Program-made: the position numbers and the translations under genes
IMG/VR virus record: IMGVR_UViG_3300005617_000028
Span: 1 to 64,000 of that record
Origin: a virus
Strand: one strand, 5' to 3'
Length of the DNA: 64,000 bases
The notes under the pieces: model-generated
Databases searched by the model: none
What the model was told of the DNA's origin: nothing
Seen by the model: the letters and a program-made list of their open reading frames with translations, nothing else
Shown: positions 39,254 through 49,586 of the stretch, piece by piece
Numbering within the stretch: position 1 is the stretch's first letter
How the letters are laid out: each line of letters starts with the position of its first letter

Positions 39254-39476
39254 AAGCGGCGGCTGTGCGCACAGCGGTGGGCCGGGTCGGTACCGCGATG
39301 GTCACCAGGCACGCGGACCGCCCAGCGGTGAAGCAGACGGCGGATCGGCTGTGCCCGGTGTGTTTCCAGTTCGCTGGTCTGCCGTGTCGGCGCATTGTGT
39401 CCGCGCCCGGCGCTCGAAAGCTCCGGTTCCGCGGGCAGCTGCTGGAGGTTCACCCTGAGCGGTTGGGAGGTCAGCG

Positions 39477-39716
39477 GTGATCACGCATCCGGCCGCGCCC
39501 GATGTCCGGCCCCACCGGAGCGCGTCGGCGCCCGGTCAGGAGATCACCATCCACACGGACGGCAGGGTCCTGGTGTGGCGCCAGATCGGCTGGCACGGCG
39601 GCTCCGGCGCGTTCTACGCCCTCGGCGAGGACCCGTCGCGGTTTGAGCGGGGCTCGTTCCGGCCGCTGTGGATTCTGGCGGACAACGAGCTGGACGAGTC
39701 TGACGTGTTCGGATGA
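39477..39716 (+). CDS. hypothetical protein
   Basis: Overlap-coupled ORF. Confidence 0.45.
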   Translation: MITHPAAPDVRPHRSASAPGQEITIHTDGRVLVWRQIGWHGGSGAFYALGEDPSRFERGSFRPLWILADNELDESDVFG

Positions 39717-39955
39717 AGATCAGGGGTGTGGAGATCAACGTGACCGTGAAACTGCCCAAGCCGGATCTGGCGTTTGTCGACCGGTACGCCGCCGCCCGCG
39801 GGCTGACCCGCTCGACGGCGGTGCAACACGCGGTCGCGCAGCTCCGCACCGTCGAGCTGGCCGGCGAATACGAGACAGCGTTCACCGAGTGGCGAGATTC
39901 GGGTGAGGCGGCGGCGTGGGATGCCGTGGTGGCGGACGGGCTGGCCGGCTCATGA
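39713..39955 (+). CDS. mazE: MazE-like ribbon-helix-helix antitoxin (MazE9-type)
   Basis: RSTAVQHAV, EYETAFTEW..SGEAAAWD..ADGL. Confidence 0.85.
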   Translation: MKIRGVEINVTVKLPKPDLAFVDRYAAARGLTRSTAVQHAVAQLRTVELAGEYETAFTEWRDSGEAAAWDAVVADGLAGS

Positions 39956-40302
39956 TGGCCCGAGGAACGGTCTGGCTGGCCGCGCTGCCGGCGGGCGCCG
40001 ACGGCGAACAGAGCCAGATGCGGTCCGTGGTGGTGGTCAGCAACGAGGCGGCCAACGGCACAGCGCAGCGGCTGGGCCGCGGTGCCGTGAGCGTGGTTCC
40101 GCTCAGCCCGGACGTGGACCACGTGATGTCCTTTCATGTGCTCCTGGACGCCGGGACGGTCGGGCTGCCGTACGCCACCAAGGCGCAGGCGGAGCAGGTC
40201 CGCACCGTCGAGGTGAGCCGGTTGCTGCGGCGGCTGGGCGCATTGACGCCGGCGGCCCGGCTGCAGCTGGACGCGGCCCTGCGGCTGCACCTGGGCCTGT
40301 AG
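39952..40302 (+). CDS. mazF: MazF/PemK toxin (MazF9-type)
   Basis: RGTVW, VVVSN..AN, VVP, KAQAEQVR, LDAALRLHL. Confidence 0.88.
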   Translation: MMARGTVWLAALPAGADGEQSQMRSVVVVSNEAANGTAQRLGRGAVSVVPLSPDVDHVMSFHVLLDAGTVGLPYATKAQAEQVRTVEVSRLLRRLGALTPAARLQLDAALRLHLGL

Positions 40303-40312
40303 GGGCCGAGCT

Positions 40313-40588
40313 GTGCCGGCTTGGACACCACCGCCGCTGCGGGCCCACCCTGAGCGGGCGCAGACGACAATCCGGGTGGATGTGGCGCGGCGGGACGGGC
40401 TGGCGCAGCTGGCCCGGGAGCTGGGCGGGGTGAGCCTGGATGAGGCGCTGAAGGTCCTGCTGTTCCGACACGACGTGAGCCGGGCAGTGGCCAGCCTGGA
40501 GGCCGATCCGGCGGCGCTGGCCGACTACCGGCGTCAGGCGGCCGCGCTGGCCGAGGTTGACGTAGCGGTGGTCGACCCGATCTGGTGA
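40313..40588 (+). CDS. orphan RHH antitoxin-like protein (MazE7-like)
   Basis: TTIRV..RD.LA.LARE.G.S. Confidence 0.5.
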   Translation: MPAWTPPPLRAHPERAQTTIRVDVARRDGLAQLARELGGVSLDEALKVLLFRHDVSRAVASLEADPAALADYRRQAAALAEVDVAVVDPIW

Positions 40589-40775
40589 CGACCGGGCGCG
40601 CACGAAGGCGGGCAAGCGGGTGTGGGGGAACCCCCCGGCCGGCTGCCCGCCTTCGCGGTGGTGAACCCTCGATGGCTTTGGGAGGCCGAGGGCTCCGCCA
40701 CCCTAGCAACAATGGGTGATATTGGCGTCACAGGACGCGCCGGTGCGGCACCGGCGCCATAGATACACATCCTGC

Positions 40776-40805
40776 TTGACGTACGTACAGCGCATAGGGT
40801 ATGTT
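40776..40805 (+). promoter_or_regulatory. housekeeping-sigma-type promoter
   Basis: TTGACG-N18-TATGTT. Confidence 0.55.
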
Positions 40806-41109
40806 CGTCTAGTAGGACAGCACCGAGACGGACGGGTGAGGGAACATGAAGCGTTGTGACGCACAGGATCCCGACCGGCCACGTTCGGCCGATCAGCCGG
40901 CTCCGCCGTCGAACCGGACCGCGTAGGTTCACGGTGCACCTACTCGACTACGCCGCCGTATCTGGGCCGGCTGCTCTGCCGTCAACCATGGCACTCCCGG
41001 CCCAGCTGGGCTCTGCGATGGTGACGGTACGCGGACGCTGGCGAGGCGTGAGGGATGCGCGGTACGGCGCGCTCCCCACCTCAGTCGGTCCAGTAGGAAG
41101 GCGGCTTCG

Positions 41110-41517
41110 ATGCCCCTCATGTCACTGACCCCGCGCCGTAACGGGCGCCTGATGATGACGGTGCGGGTGGCGCATGACCTGGGCGGCGCCCAGTTGGCCG
41201 CGGTGTTGTGCCGGTACACGAATGTGTGGGACTCCTATGGCCCCGGCGTGTGGGAGAAGCCGCCCACACCGGGCCAGGAGTTGAGCCGTACTCAGTTCAC
41301 CGATCTGATCCGCAAGGCGCTCACCGCCGCCGGCAACGGGGCCTTCCTGTCGGAGGACGACTGGTCCACCGACTACACCGCTCACGAGGCGACCCTGATC
41401 GCCACGTGGGCTGTCGCTCAGATCAGCCGGCTGTATCCCGGCCTGGCCGCTGAGTTGGCCGTATGGCTGAAGGACTATCAGCCGCCGGAGCACACCGACG
41501 AGGACGAGGAGCTATGA
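41110..41517 (+). CDS. hypothetical protein
   Basis: ORF, codon bias. Confidence 0.5.
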   Translation: MPLMSLTPRRNGRLMMTVRVAHDLGGAQLAAVLCRYTNVWDSYGPGVWEKPPTPGQELSRTQFTDLIRKALTAAGNGAFLSEDDWSTDYTAHEATLIATWAVAQISRLYPGLAAELAVWLKDYQPPEHTDEDEEL

Positions 41518-41639
41518 GCGCGGAGTGGGGACGGCCGCCGCTCACCGGATGGTCACCGGACCTATGGCCGTACCGACTACAGGAAGACAGCGGCGTAGCC
41601 GCCCCGGCCGCCATCCACGACCGCCGGCAGGGCTGACCG

Positions 41640-42431
41640 GTGGACCTCGCACCCTACGACGTGATCCTCGTCAGCAGCTCCGGCGGCAAGGACTCGCAGG
41701 CGATGCTCACCCATGTCGTCCACCTGGCCGACCAGCAGGGCATAGAGCGCAGCCGCATCGTCGTCGTGCACGCCGACCTCGGCCGGGTCGAGTGGGCCGG
41801 CACGGTCGAACTGGTACGGGTGCAGGCGGCCTGCTACGGCCTGCGGGTGGAGGTGGTGCGGCGAAGCGAGGACCTGATCGACCAGATCCGCACCAGGCAC
41901 AAGACCCTGCGCGCCAAGGGAGACACCACTACGCCGGCTTGGCCGTCCTCGGCCGCCCGGTACTGCACGAGCGACCAGAAGACTGGCCAGGTCGCCAAGC
42001 TGATGACCCGCATGGCCACCGCGTACCGCGCCAGCGGCGGGCGGGGCCCGATCCGTATTCTGAGCTGTCTTGGCTTCCGCGCGCAGGAGTCGGCCGCCCG
42101 AGCCAAGCGACCCGCGCTCGGCGTCGACCCGCAGACCAACGGGCGTCGGCAGGTGACACGATGGCTGCCCATCTTCGACTGGTCTGTGGAGCAGGTGTGG
42201 GCCACGATCCACCGGTCCGGTCTGCCGTACCACCCCGCCTATGACGCGGGCATGCCTCGGTTGTCGTGTTGCTTCTGTGTGCTGGCCGGCCGGCGTGACC
42301 TGGTCCTGGCGGCCCGGCTCAACCCCGAGCTGGCGCGTGAGTATCTGGCCTTGGAGGAAGAGGTCGGGCACACCTTCAGACTCGATCTGAGCATGGCCAC
42401 GATCGTCGCGGACGCGCTGGTCGCCCTATGA
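41640..42431 (+). CDS. PAPS-reductase family (PP-loop) protein
   Basis: SSSGGKDS, RYCT..K, GFRAQESAAR, PIFDWS, HPAY..GMPRLSCCFC. Confidence 0.88.
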   Translation: MDLAPYDVILVSSSGGKDSQAMLTHVVHLADQQGIERSRIVVVHADLGRVEWAGTVELVRVQAACYGLRVEVVRRSEDLIDQIRTRHKTLRAKGDTTTPAWPSSAARYCTSDQKTGQVAKLMTRMATAYRASGGRGPIRILSCLGFRAQESAARAKRPALGVDPQTNGRRQVTRWLPIFDWSVEQVWATIHRSGLPYHPAYDAGMPRLSCCFCVLAGRRDLVLAARLNPELAREYLALEEEVGHTFRLDLSMATIVADALVAL

Positions 42432-42805
42432 CCACGAACACAGCGAAAGGCAACGACGTGACGACAGACAGCCACCGCATGCAACAGGTCGACATGACCG
42501 ACGAACAGGCCCTGGCGCTCGGCGGCCGTAGTTCGACCGGCGACGACGGCACGGTGCGGTTCTACTTCGAGGAGCGAATCTGGCACGAGTGGGCCGTCCT
42601 GTTGATCTCGCGATACCACCAGTCGGGTCGGGTGGCCGAAGGACGGTTGGGCGGCTGCCGCATCACCAGAAGTCAGGCCGAGGCGTACGCACAGGGGAAA
42701 GTCTTCGCCGCCGACGGCAAGCTCTGGTTTGAGGACACCGACCCGGTCATCGAACAGCGCGTCCGCGATCACCTGACCGGGTTAGGACAAGCGTGGAGCA
42801 ACTGA
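42428..42805 (+). CDS. hypothetical protein
   Basis: ATGA overlap. Confidence 0.5.
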   Translation: MTTNTAKGNDVTTDSHRMQQVDMTDEQALALGGRSSTGDDGTVRFYFEERIWHEWAVLLISRYHQSGRVAEGRLGGCRITRSQAEAYAQGKVFAADGKLWFEDTDPVIEQRVRDHLTGLGQAWSN

Positions 42806-42992
42806 TGCAGCCCACGTCGCGGCGCGCCTGCCGGACCCACCGTCCGCAGTGGAGGGTGCGGGTCCGGGAAGCTAACTATTCTGCCTTCAATGGCGGTCAC
42901 CGGACGCCGTCGGCGTACTCGGAGGTGGTGTGCCAGACCTGCGGCCGCTGCTGGCGTACCAGGGCGGCCTACGTGGCCACGCTGGAGGATCT

Positions 42993-43283
42993 ATGACCAT
43001 GTCGGTGCGGGCGTGGTGCCTGCGGCTGAAAGAGCAGCTGCCCGGGTGGCATTTCTGGTACAGCAGCGGGTCCGGGTCCGGCTGGTACGCGGTTCCCGCC
43101 CCGGCGGACATGGCGCACGCCGAGACGCTGGAGCTGCCGAACCGGTTGGGCCCGTACCAGGCGCCGGGGGTGCTGCGGGAGGCGTGCCGGGAGCGGTACG
43201 GCTGGGATGAATTCTGCGGGAACTGCGGGGTGGTGGCCCGTGACTGCGGGCACCGTGGGCCCGAAACCCGGGCGAGGGCCTGA
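42993..43283 (+). CDS. hypothetical protein
   Basis: GGAGG RBS, ATGA overlap. Confidence 0.5.
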   Translation: MTMSVRAWCLRLKEQLPGWHFWYSSGSGSGWYAVPAPADMAHAETLELPNRLGPYQAPGVLREACRERYGWDEFCGNCGVVARDCGHRGPETRARA

Positions 43284-43363
43284 GCGACCCCGGTCGAGCG
43301 GTCCAGGTTGTCGACACGAACGGGCGAGCCATGATCGGCGCACATAGGGCCTAGCCTGGGCGG

Positions 43364-43924
43364 ATGCAGGTCTACCGGGTGGGTGCGCTGTTCAGCGACG
43401 AGCGCCAGTCGTGGCCGCAGGGCTCCCACCTGTGGATGGATGAGACGGTCCGGTTCGCGGTGTTTCTGCACCACCCGCACCCTCGTGAGGTCGATGCCAT
43501 CTACCGCGGCGCGGCGAAGTTCGCGTGGATCGACGAGCCGCTGACCGGCTACCTGGCCTACCGATTCGGCGAGATGCCGTGGTCTGACGCGCCGTTCAAC
43601 CCGCAGCGGCAGGCGGCGGCCGCGCCGTTCGCGATCCCCGAGCAGCCCCGGGGCACCCATCTGCTGGTGCACATCTTCCTGGTCGGCGCCGGCGACGGCG
43701 TGATCCAGGCGATGCGCTTGGTCACCTGGCCGGCCCATTTCGTCAACACGGTCCGGCGTAGCGTGGCGCGGCTGGCGGCCCAGCCCTATTCTGACGTGCG
43801 CGCCCGGGCCGCTGAGGACCAGCACTGGGCGCAGTTCAACGACGGCCCGGCGGTGGCCCGCCTGGTCCGGGAACGGGCGGCGGCCACCTGTACAGGCGGC
43901 ACGGAGCTGCCCGCGATGGAGTAG
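43364..43924 (+). CDS. hypothetical protein (probably leaderless)
   Basis: TAGCCT 6 nt before ATG. Confidence 0.55.
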   Translation: MQVYRVGALFSDERQSWPQGSHLWMDETVRFAVFLHHPHPREVDAIYRGAAKFAWIDEPLTGYLAYRFGEMPWSDAPFNPQRQAAAAPFAIPEQPRGTHLLVHIFLVGAGDGVIQAMRLVTWPAHFVNTVRRSVARLAAQPYSDVRARAAEDQHWAQFNDGPAVARLVRERAAATCTGGTELPAME

Positions 43925-44453
43925 TCCCACCCAACCCATTGACCGCCCTTCGATGAACGGGTCCCCGAGCGGGTGACAGCGCCGGGCGTACCCGCGCGAG
44001 TTGGCTGGTCAGGGCCGGGTGGTTTGCCATCCTGACAGGATGTGGATCAGGTCCGGCACGGTGCAACGTCGGCAGGCGTTCGTCGCCGCGCTGGTCGCCT
44101 TCGGAATGGGCTACATCATGGCCACCTACGCCCAGCTGTACCACTGGCCGTGGTGGTCGGCGCTGGTGGTCGGCCTCGGCGCGATGGCCTACATCGCCTG
44201 GCTGGTGGACCAGTGACCGCGGGCAGCTGTCAGCGTGAGGGCCACCGGTACGCCGCCGAGCTTGACGACACCGGCGCGCTGTTTCTGGGCGGCTCAGACA
44301 TGGACCCGCACCCGGACGGGGTGTTCGAGGCGGTGTGCGCCCGGCGTGGCTGTCAGATGCACCGGTACCACACCTGGTCCGCCGGAGTGCTGATCCACGA
44401 AACCCTGCGGGATGACCCCGCTGCCCTGAAACCCATGTTGGGAGAACCGTTTC

Positions 44454-45113
44454 ATGCTTGACACCGTCAAGGCCCCGGTGGTGCAGGGCCTGGTGGAGCA
44501 GATCGAAATCAACGCTCAACGGCGCGGGTGGAATTCGCCGCCCGGGTTCTACGTCATCTACGACGCCAACGACCGGGAATCCGATGAGGCGTACCGGACT
44601 CTCCTCCCGCCGCAGGCCGCCACCGGTGAATGGCCGCTGAGCCGGCCGCCCTACATCGCCCGGATGGTGTTCCGTTCGGCTTTGCTGTTGCCCAACCCGG
44701 TGCACGCGCTGTACTGGTTGGCGCTCATCTTGAGCGAGCCGAGAATTCCGGGGCACGCCGCCGCGAAGGAGATGATCGCGATGCTGGGCCAGCCGGGTCT
44801 GGTCGCACTGGCGCTTCGGCACGAGGGCTGGGGCCAGGCCGCATCCACCCGGCAGGAGATGCTTGCCCGCATCCCCGGCCGCCCCTTCATGGACCGGCCA
44901 GATTCGAAGGAGTATCGGTTCGTTCACTGTGTGGATGTGACCGGCGCTCACTGTACGGCGTCTCGTGTGCGGGGCCAGACGCCACGGGTGGGGACACCGT
45001 TGGAGGTGATGGGCGCGGTGCCGGAAGCTCTCACCGTGATTCTGGCGGCGGCCACCGGGGCACCGTTGCCGCCCCTGACCTGTGAGCCCAGAGGGTGGGG
45101 AGAACCGGACTGA
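44454..45113 (+). CDS. hypothetical protein
   Basis: ORF, GGAG RBS. Confidence 0.55.
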   Translation: MLDTVKAPVVQGLVEQIEINAQRRGWNSPPGFYVIYDANDRESDEAYRTLLPPQAATGEWPLSRPPYIARMVFRSALLLPNPVHALYWLALILSEPRIPGHAAAKEMIAMLGQPGLVALALRHEGWGQAASTRQEMLARIPGRPFMDRPDSKEYRFVHCVDVTGAHCTASRVRGQTPRVGTPLEVMGAVPEALTVILAAATGAPLPPLTCEPRGWGEPD

Positions 45114-45207
45114 GGGTCGCCTTACGCCGGCGGTGTTAGGGTGTGGGCGAAACCCGGCCCGGAGCCAGCTGGATCACGCGCGCTGTTGAATCCCGCCGAG
45201 GTCGCTC

Positions 45208-45603
45208 ATGTCGAAAGCCACCAGCTGGCCTGCCTATCAGTACCGCGGCACCGTGGTGACCGTCCACGACGGGGACACCTGCACCCTGGACCTGGATCTG
45301 GGCTTTGACGTCAGTCACCGGGCGGTGATCCGCCTGTTGGGGTGCAACGCGATTGAGCTGGCCCAGCCGGGTGGCCGGGAGGCGGCGCGGCATCTGGCTG
45401 AACTGCTCCCGCCCGGCGCGGTGGTGACGGTGGCGACGGTACGCCCGGACAAGTTCGGCGGCCGCTACGACGCCACGGTGACACTGTCCACCGGCGTCAA
45501 CCTGGTGGCGTCGCTCATCGAAGACGGGTGGGCGGTGCCCTGGACCGGGTCCGGCGCCAAGCCGGTACCCGCCTGGCCACGCAAGCCTGCCCCGACCCAC
45601 TGA
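45208..45603 (+). CDS. thermonuclease (SNase) family nuclease
   Basis: VHDGDT, IRLLGCNA.E, DKFGGR. Confidence 0.85.
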   Translation: MSKATSWPAYQYRGTVVTVHDGDTCTLDLDLGFDVSHRAVIRLLGCNAIELAQPGGREAARHLAELLPPGAVVTVATVRPDKFGGRYDATVTLSTGVNLVASLIEDGWAVPWTGSGAKPVPAWPRKPAPTH

Positions 45604-46063
45604 GAGGAATCCGGATGACCGCCACCCTTGACCCGCCCGAGAAGGAGCCGGCCCGCGCCCAGTCGCAGCCCGGCTACGTCTACGTCAACCCGAACGAGGA
45701 CGAGCACGCCGACCCGGCCGGAGTGTCCAGCTCGCCGGAAGACGCCGACGGTTCGTCGGACACCCCGGAGCCCGATCCGGACGACGAGTAGGCCTCAGCC
45801 GTCGGCCGGTGGGGGACTGGGGCAGCGGTGGTCAGCAACCATTACCAGTCCGAACCCGGGCACGCCGAGTATTTCGGTGTCGGCGTAACGCTGCCGCAGG
45901 GTGGCGTCGCCCATGCCCGTGCGCACATCCAGCCACCAGTGGTGTTCGTCGGCCCGTCCCACCACGGTGGCCATGCAGATGACGGGCAGCTGGTTGTTCA
46001 TCGCGGCGCTGATGGTGCCGACGGCCACCATGACCACTGTGCCGGGCCGCAGATAGTTCAGGC

Positions 46064-46516
46064 TCACCACCCGCTCGTGCCGGCCGGCCGAAGGTGGGCC
46101 CGCCGAACCGGTGGGGAGTCACCGCCGCGCCGGTACCCGTACAGGGCGAACTCAGCGTCGGGCAGGTCGACCGTGCGGGGCAGGTCCTGCCACCAGGTGT
46201 CGCGGTGGTCGTTGATGTGTTCGTAGAGCCAGACCAGAAATGGCTCAAACAGTGGGCACACCCGGATCTGGTGGCGGGCCAGGTCGGCCTGGGCCAGGCC
46301 GTGGGGGACGAACACCGCGCCCTCCTGGGTGGCCAGATCCAGCACCCAGAAACTGTCCCCGCTGATGCTCTGGCTGGCGATCAGCGACGGGTACTCGCAG
46401 CCCGGGTACCGGGCCGGCTCCGTCCATTTGATCGCGTCAAACCGGGCCACCACGAATTTGCCCCAGTTGCCTGGGCGGTCGCCGTGTCCCGCTTCGACGA
46501 ATTTCGTCTCCATCAC
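46064..46516 (-). CDS. hypothetical protein
   Basis: GAGGAGG RBS. Confidence 0.55.
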   Translation of the reverse strand: MMETKFVEAGHGDRPGNWGKFVVARFDAIKWTEPARYPGCEYPSLIASQSISGDSFWVLDLATQEGAVFVPHGLAQADLARHQIRVCPLFEPFLVWLYEHINDHRDTWWQDLPRTVDLPDAEFALYGYRRGGDSPPVRRAHLRPAGTSGW

Positions 46517-46756
46517 GTTCCTCCTCAAGCCTTGTAATGGTGAACGAGCCACCGTCACGGAGGCCACACACGATTTCCCCGCGCATGATGGTGGGGCTCA
46601 GATCGGCTACCACCCACACGGCTTTGGAGGCGAGCAGCTTTCGGGCGAAGCGGTGGACGAGCCGGGCCAGATGGTGTTCGTTTGTGGCGTGCAGGACCAG
46701 ATTCGGCACCGATTGGTGGTGGCCGACCCGCTGAAAGGTGATTCGGTACCAGGCCA

Positions 46757-47002
46757 TCACAACCAGGTTTCCACAATGTGCGGTGGATCCTCCGGCGAGC
46801 GCGTCAGGCAGGCGTCCGCGGTCAGCGGCAGCAGCAGTCGGATTCCGGGCAGGGTGGCTGCGGTGCCCAGGATCGGCCCGAACACCTGGCCGATGTCACC
46901 GCCGTACACCTTCACCTCCCGTAGCACGTATTCCGCCCCGGGCACGTCGGTCGGCCGGTGGTAGACGTTGTACATCGTCAGCGGTTCGGTCACGCGGATC
47001 AC
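46757..47002 (-). CDS. hypothetical protein
   Basis: VYHRPTDVP..RSPEDPPHIVETWL. Confidence 0.55.
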   Translation of the reverse strand: MIRVTEPLTMYNVYHRPTDVPGAEYVLREVKVYGGDIGQVFGPILGTAATLPGIRLLLPLTADACLTRSPEDPPHIVETWL

Positions 47003-47023
47003 TCCACAGAAGACAGTGGCGGG

Positions 47024-48049
47024 TCAGTCCTGCCGGAACGGTGGGCACTGGTAGACGGCGGGCATCCGCGAACTGCTCTTCCATTTGACCGCGATCGGGT
47101 CGCCGCTGGCGAAGCGGTACCAGGCCTGCAGCCCCATGCCGAGCTGGGACACGTTGTCGCGCTTCGTCAGGACGGAGCTGGCCGGGATGGCGTTGCGCAA
47201 CAGCACCCGGGCGTCACCGCGGGGGAGTTCGGTGCCTTCGCAGGCACCCCGCAGAAACTGCCATGTCAGTGGCAGGTCGCTGGTGGGCAGCTCCGGAATG
47301 TCGTCGCGGCCGTGGTCGGGGTTGGCCCGCACGATCAGGTAGCACATCGCGCCCGCTGCGGACCCGATGATGGGGGACGAGTCGCGCCCGGCGCGGGCGT
47401 ACTGCAGCGCGGTTTCCAGCAGGCCTGGGTCCTGGTTGGCTACCGCCTCCACATCGCGGGCCCGTACCTTGGGCATGTTTCTGCGCTGGGTGTTGAACGA
47501 TTCTCCGGTGCTGGCGCCGAAGTCGTAGAGGTAGATCAACCGGCAGACGCTGCCGGCCAGGGCCGCATGCCGTACACCCATCACGGTCAACGTGTCGGCG
47601 AGGGAGCGGCCCTTGCCGCAGTCCACATCGGGGAAATTCTCCGGCGGACAGCCGACGGTGACCATCATCCACTGGCCCTTCTCGGTGTCCACAATGGCCT
47701 TGAGGCGCTTCTGGCCGTCCTGCAGCCGGGCGAGCGTGTCGAACGCGATCCCCTGATGGGTGAGGCGGAAGTCGTCCCGGGAGATCAGGTCCCGCCAGTA
47801 CCGCAGCCACGCCGGCGCAGAGGGCCGGTTGCGCACGTTGCGTTCCAGGGCCAGCGCGGCCAGCTTCGGGGTGACGAAGACGTAGCGCGTCTCCATCGAC
47901 CCCCATGGCTTCAGCTTCTCCGTGTGCGGGTCCAGCATCCACCGGATGGTGCGGGCGTCTGGCTCGAATGACTTCACATCGGGTGGCTTCACGTCATGGC
48001 GTTTGCGGGTGATGGTCACCGGGTGCTCGGTCGCGGTGCTCGCCTTCAC
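47024..48049 (-). CDS. ParB/Srx-like N-terminal domain protein
   Basis: VTPKLA..LERNVRNRP, IAFD..LQDGQKRLKAIV. Confidence 0.7.
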   Translation of the reverse strand: MKASTATEHPVTITRKRHDVKPPDVKSFEPDARTIRWMLDPHTEKLKPWGSMETRYVFVTPKLAALALERNVRNRPSAPAWLRYWRDLISRDDFRLTHQGIAFDTLARLQDGQKRLKAIVDTEKGQWMMVTVGCPPENFPDVDCGKGRSLADTLTVMGVRHAALAGSVCRLIYLYDFGASTGESFNTQRRNMPKVRARDVEAVANQDPGLLETALQYARAGRDSSPIIGSAAGAMCYLIVRANPDHGRDDIPELPTSDLPLTWQFLRGACEGTELPRGDARVLLRNAIPASSVLTKRDNVSQLGMGLQAWYRFASGDPIAVKWKSSSRMPAVYQCPPFRQD

Positions 48050-48287
48050 GGTGTGGTCGCCCAACGGGCGAACGCGCCGACCAGGGCGCAGGCGTACGCG
48101 CCGGTGCCCAGCCCGATCCCCCCGGCGAACAGCGCCATCAGCACCGGATGTTCGCGTGGCCAGAAGAACAGCCACCGGGGTGTGCAGTCGTGCCCGACCG
48201 GCAGCACGTGGCGGGTGAACCGCTCACCGCATTTGCCGCACACGACATTGAACTGCGAATCGGACGTCTGTGGACTGTTGGGCATCT

Positions 48288-48650
48288 CTATTCCTCGATT
48301 CGGTTTGCGCTCATGGGTTGTGGGCCGTGCAACGCCGGATCGTCCGGGTCGTTGAGGCCCAGCCAGCAGTCCTCGTCATGCCAGTGCCCGGCCATACCGG
48401 CCAGCGCCATACAACCGCAGTACGGACAGTGGTACTGCCCGATCGGGTGGCCGATCAGTTCCTCCGGCTGCTCCGGGCATTCGCCCAACAGGGCGAACCC
48501 GAGTTGGTCGGCCAGCGCGGTCAGGTGCCCGTGCACCAGTCGGTGCACGAAACTGGATGCCGTCGTTGCCGGTCCGAAACGCTCCAGTTGCCGGGTGATC
48601 TCGTCCCGCGCGACGATCAGTTCGTCGTGGTGCCGTTGGGCCAGAATCAC
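48288..48650 (-). CDS. hypothetical protein
   Basis: CPYCG. Confidence 0.45.
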   Translation of the reverse strand: MILAQRHHDELIVARDEITRQLERFGPATTASSFVHRLVHGHLTALADQLGFALLGECPEQPEELIGHPIGQYHCPYCGCMALAGMAGHWHDEDCWLGLNDPDDPALHGPQPMSANRIEE

Positions 48651-48982
48651 TGCTGGTCCAGCCTGTTGTCCTGCCGGCTGTGCGGGGCAGGGTCCTCATC
48701 GGGCAGCAGCGACATGATGGCGTAGGAGCCCAGCTGCAGGCCGAACAGTTCGCCTTTCGCCACGAAGCCGACCCGCTTGACCACCACCCGCCCGGTGTAG
48801 CGGCGCTGACTGCAGCCCGCGTCGTCACAATCGTGTGTGCCGGCCGGGTTGTATTCGCACAGGACCAGGGTGTCCCCGGCCTGGAATCCGCGGCCGTCGT
48901 CCCGGCGGACCTCGAAGGTCTTCTCACCGGACAGGATCCGCTCGAACATCGGCGGGTGTGTCTTCAGTTCATGGTGCATCAT
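48647..48982 (-). CDS. ASCH/PUA (DUF3850-like) protein
   Basis: HELKTHP.FERILSGEKTFEVR.DD.FQAGD.L.L.E. Confidence 0.85.
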   Translation of the reverse strand: MMHHELKTHPPMFERILSGEKTFEVRRDDGRGFQAGDTLVLCEYNPAGTHDCDDAGCSQRRYTGRVVVKRVGFVAKGELFGLQLGSYAIMSLLPDEDPAPHSRQDNRLDQQ

Positions 48983-49586
48983 CGTGTGTCCTCCACCACC
49001 AGCCGGCCGGTGACCCGGTCACCCGGTACCGGCCCTCAATGTCGGTGTCCCGCTGAAAATCGGCCCGGCCCGGCAGGGTCAGCGAAATCGCTTCCAGCGG
49101 ATCGCCGGCGTAGTCGTGTTCGCGCCAGTGGTAGATGCCGTCTTCCACCACCAGGTAGCAGCCGGTGCTGACCAGCGGCGCGTAGTGGGTGATCTCGGCG
49201 ATGACATGGTCGCGGGAATGGTCGGAGTCCAGGCTCACCATGACGCGCCGGCCGGCCACCAGCGCGGCCACCTGGGCCAGGATGCCGCTGTTGATTGAAT
49301 CCCCGATCAGAGCCACGACGTTGTCGCGCTTGCGGGCCTTGTTCGGCCTGCCGTCGGTGTCGATGGTCACCACCAGATCGACCTGGTTGGCGAACCAGTT
49401 CGCCGATGCGCCGAAGCGGGTGCCGCATTCCACCACCACATCGGGTCGGGTCGCGTCGATGATCTCCGCGTAGCGCATCAGGTCGGCGGAGTCTTTCTCC
49501 AACCCGTCGAATTCGCAGGGCGTGCCGAACGTGGCCAGCGTCAGCGCCAGATCCACGCCGACCGCTGGTTCGAGCAGTGTCACCAC
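48969..49586 (-). CDS. CmcI-family (rhamnosyl O-/cephalosporin hydroxylase-like) methyltransferase
   Basis: PDVVVECGT..GAS, VMVSLDSDH..HV.AE, GCYLVVED. Confidence 0.8.
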   Translation of the reverse strand: MVTLLEPAVGVDLALTLATFGTPCEFDGLEKDSADLMRYAEIIDATRPDVVVECGTRFGASANWFANQVDLVVTIDTDGRPNKARKRDNVVALIGDSINSGILAQVAALVAGRRVMVSLDSDHSRDHVIAEITHYAPLVSTGCYLVVEDGIYHWREHDYAGDPLEAISLTLPGRADFQRDTDIEGRYRVTGSPAGWWWRTHDDAP

